Shown in pieces: positions 9,238 through 17,000 of a stretch of 39,965 nucleotides of DNA; position 1 is the first letter of the stretch; every line of letters starts with the position of its first letter. This DNA comes from a virus (taxonomy: Duplodnaviria; Caudoviricetes). The translations under genes and the position numbers were made by a program. The notes below the pieces were generated by a model. That model was not told the origin of the DNA. It saw nothing but the letters and a program-made list of their open reading frames with translations, and did no database searches. Location of the stretch: the IMG/VR virus record IMGVR_UViG_3300028840_003139, positions 1 to 39,965 of that record, one strand, 5' to 3'.

Positions 9238-9522
9238 GGATGGTGTGACCTGGTCGAAGAAGCTGGCGATCACCTCGATGATCGCCATGATGAACTCGAC
9301 CATTTTCTCGATCCAGGCGATCACCGCGTCCCAGTCGATCTCGGGATCCTCGAACGCGGCGGGGTTGGCGGCCTGCAATTCTCCGAGGACCTCCAGGGCG
9401 ATCTCGCGGGAACTCCTGCCTTCGAGCTGATCGGCCTCGCGCATCGCGAGGACCACTTTGGCGATCTTTGGCAGCGTGAGGCCCATCGCCAGCCGCTGCC
9501 GGAGAGTCAATGCCTTTGGCAT
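9235..9522 (-). CDS. Small membrane-associated protein (95 aa)
   Basis: GGAGGA RBS; amphipathic/hydrophobic C-terminal helix IDWDAVIAWIEKMVEFIMAIIEVIASFF. Confidence 0.7.
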   Translation of the reverse strand: MPKALTLRQRLAMGLTLPKIAKVVLAMREADQLEGRSSREIALEVLGELQAANPAAFEDPEIDWDAVIAWIEKMVEFIMAIIEVIASFFDQVTPS

Positions 9523-9532
9523 AGCTTCCTCC

Positions 9533-9576
9533 CAGGGGTCAGGGGTCAGGGGTCAGGGGTTAGGGGTCAGGGATTT
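9533..9576 (+). repeat. (CAGGGGT)~5-CAGGGATTTC array, an inverted copy of the GAAAT-(CCCTGAC)n element
   Basis: Reverse complement matches the gaaatccctgac-(ccctgac)n segments of the 6829, 7202 and 8296 arrays. Confidence 0.93.
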
Positions 9577-9597
9577 CGCGTTTACACCTAACCCCTG

Positions 9598-9951
9598 TCA
9601 AATCGGAATCAGCAGCTTCTCGTCAAGCCAGGCGGCCTGATCGAACAGCCAGGCGGCGATCACCGGGAGGCTTTGGCGGATCCAGGGGTCCAGCAGGGCG
9701 TCCGGTCCGGGCAGATCCAGCGGCTCGAGCCGCTCGTCCCAGAGCCGGAGCGTGGCCTGAATCACCAGCCGCTCGCGCTCCTCGACGGGGACGGACAGCT
9801 TTCGCGCGATTACCGTGGCCGAGACGATGAACTCGGCCACGATCAGCCGCACGTCACGCAGCGACAATTTCCCGTCCGCGATCCGCGAGCTGATCTCGTC
9901 GCCCAGGCGCTTGTACTGCGCCTGTATCGTGTCATAGAGGTCGTCGCTCAT
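9598..9951 (-). CDS. Hypothetical phage protein (117 aa)
   Basis: AGGAG RBS and ATGA overlap with the upstream gene. Confidence 0.7.
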   Translation of the reverse strand: MSDDLYDTIQAQYKRLGDEISSRIADGKLSLRDVRLIVAEFIVSATVIARKLSVPVEERERLVIQATLRLWDERLEPLDLPGPDALLDPWIRQSLPVIAAWLFDQAAWLDEKLLIPI

Positions 9952-10451
9952 TCTTGCTCCTCGCGTTCGAGCTCGGTCAATTCCCAATCAGTCGGCTCCC
10001 GGTCGTCGGTCTCTTCGGCCCGGCGAAGCATCCGGCCGAACCATTGCTGTTCTTTCCGGTGCCGGATCGCCAGGTAGCGCTCCGGCGCCTCGTCTCGCAG
10101 GTCGATCGTCAGGGCCTCGTCGTCCGCCGGATCCGCCAGCAGGCTCAGACCGATGCGCCCAATCGCCAGCAGATCTCGGGTACGACAGGCCCGGCAGGGC
10201 AGCTCAACCCGGGCGCCGCAGGTTGCGCATCTGCGGACCAGTGCCGATTCCGGATCGCCGGTCGGCTTTCGCGGCCGGCGGGCCAAATCGGCCGGGCGTC
10301 TGCCGCTGGCAATTCGCTCCACAGTCGATCGCGCCACGCCGAGCCGGCCGGCGATCTCCCGCTGGGGGACGCCGTCGGCTAGGAGCCGCTCGATCTGGGC
10401 CTCAATCTCGGGGTCGATCACGGCCTGCCCTCCGCCGGATCGCCGCCGCAT
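9948..10451 (-). CDS. HTH plus Cys-cluster DNA-binding protein (candidate late regulator)
   Basis: LLADGVPQREIAGRLGVARSTVERI helix-turn-helix; CATC...PCRAC; first gene after a promoter-like motif. Confidence 0.7.
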   Translation of the reverse strand: MRRRSGGGQAVIDPEIEAQIERLLADGVPQREIAGRLGVARSTVERIASGRRPADLARRPRKPTGDPESALVRRCATCGARVELPCRACRTRDLLAIGRIGLSLLADPADDEALTIDLRDEAPERYLAIRHRKEQQWFGRMLRRAEETDDREPTDWELTELEREEQE

Positions 10452-10666
10452 CTTCCTTACTCTACCGGAGCTTGGCCCGCGATTCGTGGCCAATATCAGG
10501 GCATGGCCCCAAGAACTGGGGGCTGGATGCGGGGTGGATGGGGGTGGATAGGGTGGGTTTTTTGCCGATTAGAAGGCCGGCCGGCGGCTTGCGGCGACGA
10601 GTACGGAGTTGCTGGTCGACCGCCGGCCGGCGGGCCAGGATCGGAAATCCCACCCAGCTTGCCCTA

Positions 10667-10675
10667 ATTATACCA
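10667..10675 (-). promoter_or_regulatory. Extended -10 promoter candidate (TGGTATAAT)
   Basis: Perfect TGnTATAAT in high-GC noncoding DNA upstream of the leftward late block; no clear -35. Confidence 0.5.
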
Positions 10676-10710
10676 GCCGGCCGCCCCCAGGGGGAGGGAG
10701 AAATCCCGCC

Positions 10711-10865
10711 CAGCCGCCCGCTCCGCAGCACAGGTCAATCGCGTCAATCGTGGCCATTGTTCGCCCTTGCTTTGCGAGCCGCCCGCTGACAGCCGGCCAA
10801 GGCCCGCGCTCGCGTCCGCTGGCGGCTGATCACCGTCCAGCCGTGCTCGTCCCGGCACTCCGCGC
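10711..10865. repeat. 155-bp direct repeat, copy 1 (copy 2 at 11481..11635)
   Basis: Manual alignment: 5 mismatches. Confidence 0.95.
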
Positions 10866-10882
10866 CGCCGCCGTGCCACAAG

Positions 10883-11428
10883 TCATAGCCTCATCGGGTC
10901 GGCCTCTCGTTCTTCCTCCTCAATCGCTTGGCGTGCGAGCGCCGCAAAGTTGAGCGATATTCCAGCCAGGGCCAGGTCCTCTACTAGGCGGGCCGCCGCC
11001 AGGGCCAACATCAATTCCGGCCATAATGCCTTCCGCCGCAAGAGCCCTATCTGAGCCGATAGGGAATAGGCCGCAGGTTCAAGCAATTTGGTTTGCCTCA
11101 AGCCCAAAGCAATAAACCGCACTCTGGCTGCGCAGGGGAAGTCCGGTAACGGGATTCGTCTGAGAGTCTTCAATCTCGTACAGCCGACCTTCACGCCATA
11201 AGCATGAATCCCGACGTCACCTTCCGCTTCCCAGAGATGCGCAGCCCCTAAGTCGAAGTTCGCATGCACGGGATTGAACAGGACCGCCAGCAGCGGATCG
11301 GTATACGCGTGGATCCAGGCGGCCGTGCAGAGTTCGCCACCACCGGGGGCGGTGTGTTCCGCGCCCTCACCCCACTGGCAACCACCGTGCGTCCGGTCGT
11401 ATCTGTTAGTGATCTTGTAGAGTTTCAT
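10883..11428 (-). CDS. Hypothetical phage protein (181 aa)
   Basis: GAGGAG RBS; KLYKIT...QWG...LC...IHAY pattern typical of phage accessory proteins. Confidence 0.75.
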   Translation of the reverse strand: MKLYKITNRYDRTHGGCQWGEGAEHTAPGGGELCTAAWIHAYTDPLLAVLFNPVHANFDLGAAHLWEAEGDVGIHAYGVKVGCTRLKTLRRIPLPDFPCAARVRFIALGLRQTKLLEPAAYSLSAQIGLLRRKALWPELMLALAAARLVEDLALAGISLNFAALARQAIEEEEREADPMRL

Positions 11429-11440
11429 TCTCTTCGCTCC

Positions 11441-11527
11441 TCAAAACAGTCTCCTTTGCAGCGACTTGCCCCGCGGCTGCCAGCCGCCCGCTCCGCAGCA
11501 CAGGTCAATCGCGTCAATCGTGGCCAT
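11441..11527 (-). pseudogene. Remnant of a DNA cytosine-5 methyltransferase N-terminus (28 aa)
   Basis: MATIDAIDLCCGAGGW resembles SAM-binding motif I, followed by QPRGKSLQRRLF-stop. A second copy lies at 10668..10757. Confidence 0.55.
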
Positions 11528-11635
11528 TGTTCGCCCTTGCTTTGCGAGCTGCCCGCTGACAGGCGGCCAAGGCTCGCGCTCGCGTCCGGTGGCGGCTGAT
11601 CACCGTCCAGCCGTGCTCGTCGCGGCACTCCGCGC
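11481..11635. repeat. 155-bp direct repeat, copy 2
   Basis: Matches 10711..10865. Confidence 0.95.
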
Positions 11636-11843
11636 GGAACACCTCGGGGATCGCCTGCCGCCCGGTCCGAGGGCCGAACAAACACTGCGACCAGACCACG
11701 CGGAACCGCCCGCAGGCCGACCACCAGAGCCGCCGCCGGCTGGTCGAGCTGGTTTCGCTTCGGCAACGTGTTGAGAATTCGAGTTTAGTCACCGGGTCTC
11801 GGCAGTCGACACAGATTCGTCGGCGAACACGACTAGCCGGCAT
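11514..11843 (-). CDS. Hypothetical basic protein (109 aa)
   Basis: ATG at 11843 overlapping the upstream gene; CxxC motif. Confidence 0.5.
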   Translation of the reverse strand: MPASRVRRRICVDCRDPVTKLEFSTRCRSETSSTSRRRLWWSACGRFRVVWSQCLFGPRTGRQAIPEVFRAECRDEHGWTVISRHRTRARALAACQRAARKARANNGHD

Positions 11844-12048
11844 TATTTCCCTTCTCCGCCTCCAGGGCTTCGCATTTACACTCAAACTTTCGGAAGTTAC
11901 ACCAGCGCAATCCGGAGTCCAGCGCACAACTCATCCGACAGTTATTGCTGAACCGGTGAGGCTTGCGGTGGTGACAGCCCACGCCGTAGTTCGCCCGCTC
12001 ACAATCCTCAGCAGCAGCACTGCACCGGACGTAGGTTGCTCGCATCAA
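11833..12048 (-). CDS. Small Cys-rich protein (71 aa)
   Basis: GGAGG RBS; multiple Cys/His. Confidence 0.55.
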   Translation of the reverse strand: MMRATYVRCSAAAEDCERANYGVGCHHRKPHRFSNNCRMSCALDSGLRWCNFRKFECKCEALEAEKGNNAG

Positions 12049-12184
12049 GTCCCCTCCGTCTCAGCGGCTGTCATCTGTTGCGGCTCCTCCGCCTCGCCGC
12101 TCTCTTAGACCAAAAGCACCGTCCGATCCGGCAGACCTCTAACGTTATATCGATGGCATCCTTTCATCGCACAATCCGGTCTGA

Positions 12185-12309
12185 CATGTACATGGTACAT
12201 GTGCCATGCATGCATGGGTCATGGGTCATGGGTCATGGTTATGGGATAGTTAAAAACTATCTACATGGGTCATGGGGGCGCGGCCCGAAATGCGCATTTT
12301 GGGCCGCGC
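12185..12309. other. Candidate replication origin: CATG cluster, (CATGGGT)n and palindromes
   Basis: 11 CATG in ~90 bp, GATAGTT-AAA-AACTATC inverted repeat and a near-perfect 32-bp palindrome, immediately downstream of the initiator-like gene. Confidence 0.45.
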
Positions 12310-12325
12310 GGACCGGCCGGGCCGG

Positions 12326-13114
12326 TCAGGTCGTGTCTCCGTATCGAGGCCACGGGATGCCCCGCTGCTTGCACGCACGCATGATTCGCGCCGTATAGTA
12401 GGCGCCGGGTGATGTCGTAATCTCGCCGGCCTCGCGCTTGCGCCGCGTCGCGTTTGCGATGTACTCGACCTCGGCCATGGGGAAATCGTACTCGATCACC
12501 GCGTCTGCGGTCCGCTCTGCGACCGAGGGGAGCATCCCGGGGTCGGCTACGACGCGGCTCACGTACTCCGCGATGTCGCCCTTACGGCGGCGGATCGCCT
12601 CGTCAGCCGCCCGCCCGGTCGGCATCGTCCGCACGAGCTCGCCGATCACCTCACCGATCGGCACGCTCTCCTCGGCGGCGATTCGCGGGTGGCCTATGGT
12701 ATCGGGCGGCGGCGTCGGCGCCGGGGCCTCATCGGGCCACATCTCACGCTGTGGATCCGGCCGCCGCATCCGCGCCCGGGCCGCCTCGGCCGGGTCGGCC
12801 ACGTCCAAATCTATGGTGCCGCGCGGGCCGACCCGCAGCACGCCGTCAGGCCCGCGCTGCGGGCTGGTGACCAAGCCAGCGCTGTCCAGGGCCTGGATCG
12901 CCTTGCGCACTGTGCGGGCGTCGATCCCGCCGACCTCATCGGCCAGCCGATGTGTCGTCGTGGTCACCCGCCCGGGCCGGCCGCCGGCAGCGGCCCAGAG
13001 CAGACACGCGATGATGCGTGCAGTCATCGGCAGCCCAGGCCACCGCATAATCTCCGGCACCAGCTCGACAGTCAGGCCCCGGGCAGTCTCCGCCCTGCGT
13101 GCCGGATCAGCCAT
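12326..13114 (-). CDS. Winged-HTH replication initiator-like protein (262 aa)
   Basis: LPMTARIIACLL...RLADEVGGIDARTVRKAIQALDSAGLV wHTH; C-terminal SPGAYY motif. Confidence 0.65.
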   Translation of the reverse strand: MADPARRAETARGLTVELVPEIMRWPGLPMTARIIACLLWAAAGGRPGRVTTTTHRLADEVGGIDARTVRKAIQALDSAGLVTSPQRGPDGVLRVGPRGTIDLDVADPAEAARARMRRPDPQREMWPDEAPAPTPPPDTIGHPRIAAEESVPIGEVIGELVRTMPTGRAADEAIRRRKGDIAEYVSRVVADPGMLPSVAERTADAVIEYDFPMAEVEYIANATRRKREAGEITTSPGAYYTARIMRACKQRGIPWPRYGDTT

Positions 13115-13225
13115 GGTCTACGCTCCGTCGTCCCGCCGCGGTCTGACCCCCGATCGCCTCGGTCAGGCCCCCGATCGCCTCGGTCAGCTCTCGATAGGCT
13201 CCGTCCACTCGGTCTCCTCACTAGA

Positions 13226-13591
13226 TCAGCTCCCGGTGATCAGCGCACGGACGTCCGCGCGGTCCGCCACATCGCGACAATAACAGTAGGCCGCCGGCCC
13301 GTTGCCCGAGGCGATCAGGGCCGTGCGGACATCCGCGCGGTCCGCCACAAAGCGGCAATAACAGTAGGCCGCCAGCCCGTTGCCCGAGGCGATCAGGGCC
13401 GCGGTCCCTTCGTCGACCAGTGCGGCCGGGATTCGGCCCTGCCGCACAGCCCATCCGATCGTCTGCCAGCAATCGTACGACTCGCTGAATCTGATAGCGC
13501 ATGCCCGCGCAACCAAAAATCTGTTGAGCCAGTCGATGCTCGGCTCAAACTTTTCGGTTTCTGCATCCTGCGTTCTGCATTCAGCATTCAT
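13226..13591 (-). CDS. Protein with tandem 23-aa repeats (AAYCYCRxVADRADVRxALIASGNG)
   Basis: 69-bp tandem repeat across 13236..13400; start lies within a heptamer array. Confidence 0.6.
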   Translation of the reverse strand: MNAECRTQDAETEKFEPSIDWLNRFLVARACAIRFSESYDCWQTIGWAVRQGRIPAALVDEGTAALIASGNGLAAYCYCRFVADRADVRTALIASGNGPAAYCYCRDVADRADVRALITGS

Positions 13592-14000
13592 CTTGATCCT
13601 GCCTCGCTTCAAAACGGTGCAAGAGGCGCAGTTGGGCGAAGACGCAGCGGACCGCCTCGTCGCGGCTGAGGCGGGGGCCGAGCCGACGCCGGTGGCCCGC
13701 GCAGTCCAGACCGAAAATCCAGCCCTGATCGACGTACAGCGTCTCGATCAGGATCTGCCGCGGCCCCACCAGCCGCTCTTGCTGCCGCAGGTAATGCTCG
13801 CGGCACTCCCGATTGACCGGCTGGCCCAGGTGCAGACACAATCCCGCGGCCACCGAGAACAGATACTGATCGAGCCGGCCGATCGTCGCCCCGCAGCAGC
13901 GGCAATAGGTGTTCTTCCACTGCCCCTCAGCCGGCCCGTCGCGGACCAGCCGGGCCAGAAGCCCGGGGCGCATAGTGGGGGTGTGGCTGTTTCCGTTCAT
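13581..14000 (-). CDS. Hypothetical protein (139 aa)
   Basis: ORF tiling in the early operon; stop supplied by a GCTGAAT unit. Confidence 0.5.
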   Translation of the reverse strand: MNGNSHTPTMRPGLLARLVRDGPAEGQWKNTYCRCCGATIGRLDQYLFSVAAGLCLHLGQPVNRECREHYLRQQERLVGPRQILIETLYVDQGWIFGLDCAGHRRRLGPRLSRDEAVRCVFAQLRLLHRFEARQDQDEC

Positions 14001-14007
14001 GGCTGGA

Positions 14008-14060
14008 TAGGGGTTAGGGGTTAGGGACGAATACTGAATGCTGAATGCTGAATGCTGAAT
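14008..14060 (+). repeat. (GGGGTTA)~3 plus (GCTGAAT)~4 heptamer arrays
   Basis: Visible; intergenic. Confidence 0.9.
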
Positions 14061-14067
14061 GATGCAA

Positions 14068-14322
14068 TCATTTGCGTTTGCGGGGCTTCTGTGCGTTGGC
14101 CCTCCGCATGATCCGGCTGGCGGGTGCATTGTGGGATTCGAGCAGTTCCCGGATCTCTTCGGCCGTGTCATGACGGGCCAGGGCTTCTCTCGCCGAGATC
14201 ACCTTCTCCGGATTGTCCGGATCCCGGACCGCCTCCCGGCACTCCCGATCGGCCAGCCGCGAATAGTCGGCTACGATCGTACCGAGCACCTGGCCGAACT
14301 GTTTTAAGAGTGGAGTCGCCAT
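14068..14322 (-). CDS. Hypothetical protein (84 aa)
   Basis: GGAGG RBS, ATG start. Confidence 0.7.
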   Translation of the reverse strand: MATPLLKQFGQVLGTIVADYSRLADRECREAVRDPDNPEKVISAREALARHDTAEEIRELLESHNAPASRIMRRANAQKPRKRK

Positions 14323-14414
14323 GGGTTTGCCTCCCGTTATATTTCAAATGGAATCCAAATCGGAGCAAAGCTCCCGCCAGGGCTTCGATCACCGGGACCG
14401 TCAGAAGCGATCGC

Positions 14415-14738
14415 TCAGTCATCGAAATCCAGGCTCGTCTGTTCGGGGTCCAGCGGCGACATCGGCGAGAACTTCAGACCGTTGTTGACGGTCGCCATCA
14501 TCTTGTACCGTTCGGCGGTACGGGTCGGCAGACTGTTCTTCGTCTGGATCGTCACGATTACGTCTTCGCCCTTTTCCTCGGGCGCGAACTCCAGCAGCAG
14601 GGCCATCTTTCGCTTTTGACGCAGGCCCGGGCGGTCACGGCAGTCGCGAACCATCGTCTGGAGCGTGGCGTCAAAATCGGATTCCAGACCGGCGATCTTC
14701 GCCAGGCTCTTCAGCGTAAACAGCTCCTGTTTGGCCAT
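14415..14738 (-). CDS. Conserved-type phage early protein (107 aa)
   Basis: AAGGAGG RBS; DCRDRPG...KRK..LLLEF.P pattern; ends QTSLDFDD. Confidence 0.75.
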   Translation of the reverse strand: MAKQELFTLKSLAKIAGLESDFDATLQTMVRDCRDRPGLRQKRKMALLLEFAPEEKGEDVIVTIQTKNSLPTRTAERYKMMATVNNGLKFSPMSPLDPEQTSLDFDD

Positions 14739-14798
14739 TGCAGCCTCCTTATTCAGCAGTCAGCATTCTTCATTCTGGATCCTGCATTCTGCATTCTC

Positions 14799-15068
14799 CT
14801 AAGAGGTCGGCCAGCCGCGTTCTGCGGCCAGCGCGATCATCCGGTCGAAGGCACCTTTCCCCAGGTGGGGAATCGCCTCCCTGGGCAGCCCGTGAGCCTC
14901 GCAGAAGATTTGGGCGGCGAAGAACACGCAGATCTGGGTCGCCGCCTTGGCCTTTTCCCTCGAGCTGGGCTGATCGTCGTAGACCGCCGCCTGGACCCGC
15001 CGGAGGTAGTAATCCACGTACACCTCCACGAGGTGCTCGTCGATCGGCGGTTGGTTCCTGGTGACCAT
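14799..15068 (-). CDS. Hypothetical protein (89 aa)
   Basis: Tiles between two degenerate heptamer arrays. Confidence 0.6.
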   Translation of the reverse strand: MVTRNQPPIDEHLVEVYVDYYLRRVQAAVYDDQPSSREKAKAATQICVFFAAQIFCEAHGLPREAIPHLGKGAFDRMIALAAERGWPTS

Positions 15069-15096
15069 TCAGCCCTCTGCATTCTGGATTCTGCAT

Positions 15097-15324
15097 TTAG
15101 AATTGAAGGTACGGATTGTATCTGCGGTCGCGTCCGCATCCGGTTACCACGAGCTTCAGCAGCACCCAGCTCCGGTAACCGCAGGATTTGCGGACGATTT
15201 GCCTCACTGGCTTGCCGGACCGGGAGTCGAAGACCAGGCTCACCTCTTCGATCAGAGGGTGACCGCAAAAGCTGCAATACCTGTCGTCCCACCCATATCG
15301 GCCTAGGTATTGTCGTTCCAGCAT
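15097..15324 (-). CDS. Small Cys-containing protein (75 aa)
   Basis: AAGGA RBS; CSFC motif. Confidence 0.55.
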   Translation of the reverse strand: MLERQYLGRYGWDDRYCSFCGHPLIEEVSLVFDSRSGKPVRQIVRKSCGYRSWVLLKLVVTGCGRDRRYNPYLQF

Positions 15325-15333
15325 GATCTTTCC

Positions 15334-15528
15334 TTAGCATTCTGCATTCTGGATTTTGCGTTCAAGTAACTCGCGTTCAAAGCTGCTGCAATCCCGATCG
15401 GAGCGAACGGCAATCGCACAGACGTAGACGAAGCAGTCGATTCCCTCGGCGGTCAATCCCTTCCAGACGCGGACGGGGACCCCGTTGATCTCAATTAGAT
15501 GGTCCGTCGAGTGGATCTTGATTTCCAT
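15334..15528 (-). CDS. Hypothetical phage protein (64 aa)
   Basis: MEIKIHST...VPVRVWKG.TAEG pattern; ends NAEC-stop in a heptamer array. Confidence 0.65.
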   Translation of the reverse strand: MEIKIHSTDHLIEINGVPVRVWKGLTAEGIDCFVYVCAIAVRSDRDCSSFERELLERKIQNAEC

Positions 15529-15893
15529 GTGGGTCTGTCTTTCCGGAAGGCTTGTGTTTTCATGAGCCGGCAAGTGGGCCGCAATGGCCCTTTCCATCGT
15601 CTTTGCGCACCCCGATTACTCCTGGCTCCGTGCGGGGGTTTCTGCGCCGGAAAGTGTCCGCGCGATTGATCGAGCAGAGGGGCCCGGCGAGCAAGCCGTG
15701 TGTCGGCGGAACGCCGGGCCCCGGCCACCTGGCCATGTCGCAGCAAAGGTGGACGGGGGAAGGCGGCGGCGGGACCGTCCCGCCTCGATCCAGACGTGAT
15801 GTCGACAGACCTGCATTCTGCAAACCTACCTGCGAGTTTCGGGGCCAATCTGACCAGAAAATCCGCCTTCCCCCATCCACCCTCGCGGAGAGC

Positions 15894-16009
15894 AAAACCG
15901 CGCCGGCCCGGACCAGGGGGGGAAAGCGGACCGACGCGGCCATCACGGACTCTGAGAAGGCGCAGCCGCCGCGGCGATTCCGTCCCGGCTGCGCCCCACT
16001 CCTCGTTTG
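15894..16009 (-). repeat. 116-bp two-hairpin + U-tract element, copy 1
   Basis: Matches 16704..16819 with 9 mismatches; stems preserved. Confidence 0.9.
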
Positions 16010-16016
16010 CGGTAAG

Positions 16017-16610
16017 TCAGAAGAGCGGCGCGGTCTCCGCCTTGCCACCGATACGTTCGATCCGGACGGGTGTAACACCCCGCTTCGCCAAGCGTTCCAG
16101 CTCCTCAGCGGATTCGTCACCGCGGACGACGTATTCGATCGCGCTGGGGCGAAAGACCCGGAAGATCGCCGCAGCGAAGCTCCCGTCGGCGTTTCTGGTC
16201 GCCTGCTGATGGGCGACCAACACCCACGTCTTGCCGGACTCAAACCCCTTCGGCACGGCGGGGATCCGTCGCGAAATGCCCTGGATCTCGGCCTCGCGCA
16301 GCCAGGCGTCGGGCGTAGGATAGTAGCGGACACCGATCCACAAGAGGCCAGCGCGTCCCAGATTGCCGGCCAGCGGACAACGACCGCTACAGTTTGGATT
16401 CCGGCACTGCCGCCCGGCAAATAGTGCCGTGGCATTGACCCACGTCCAGGCCCGGGCCGGCTTGATGCCGTTACCGCAGGTCGGGCAGATCTCCAGCGGC
16501 AAGGGCAGCTTGCCGCAGGGCTGAGACGGCCCGTCAGCAACCAGGTATAGGCCCGGCTTTCGCCAGCCACAGCCGCGACGACTATCGCGGCGCAATTCGA
16601 CTTGGACCAT
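16017..16610 (-). CDS. Cys-rich conserved-type phage protein (197 aa)
   Basis: GGAGG RBS; RGCGWRKPGLYL, CPTC motifs. Confidence 0.8.
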   Translation of the reverse strand: MVQVELRRDSRRGCGWRKPGLYLVADGPSQPCGKLPLPLEICPTCGNGIKPARAWTWVNATALFAGRQCRNPNCSGRCPLAGNLGRAGLLWIGVRYYPTPDAWLREAEIQGISRRIPAVPKGFESGKTWVLVAHQQATRNADGSFAAAIFRVFRPSAIEYVVRGDESAEELERLAKRGVTPVRIERIGGKAETAPLF

Positions 16611-16703
16611 GACCTCCCTCCCTTCGAGGAAATATGGTGATACTCAGTCAGATTTCTCTCTTTTGAAAATCCAGCTTGCATCTTTCACCTTCCAGGCAAA
16701 CAA

Positions 16704-16819
16704 AAAACCGCGCCGGCCCGGACCAGGGAGGGAACGCGGACCGACGCGGCCATGAAGGACTCTGAGAGGGCGCAGCCGCCGCGGCGATTCCCTCCCGGCT
16801 GCGCCCCGCTCCTGATTTG
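16704..16819 (-). repeat. 116-bp two-hairpin + U-tract element, copy 2 (terminator-like)
   Basis: On the minus strand CCGCGTCGGTCC pairs with GGGCCGGCGCGG, followed by TTTTTTGTTT. Confidence 0.9.
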
Positions 16820-17000
16820 TAAGCGGCTTTTGTTTTCGCGGAGCCGCTACCGCGCTCGATTCGATCTTCACGGACCGCAGGGCCCGACTTAGCCGTGGTG
16901 AACCGAGAACTACCGCGCGACACGGCCGCGCCCCGGGCGATCCTATAGGTCGGATTTGCTGCGCAGGACCTCACGCTGCGCCCCCGGGATAAAAGGTAAG

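Noticed and set aside
9948-10493. IS transposase
   Set aside because: Only an HTH and a Cys cluster; no DDE domain or terminal inverted repeats.
10711-11635. TR/VR pair of a diversity-generating retroelement
   Set aside because: On the plus strand the five mismatches are C/T (2) and C/G (3); the C/G changes cannot be adenine-specific on either strand. No reverse transcriptase or Avd-like gene is recognisable.
13140-13200. Replication iterons
   Set aside because: Only about two 21-bp copies, explained by an in-frame LTEAIG peptide repeat in a small ORF.
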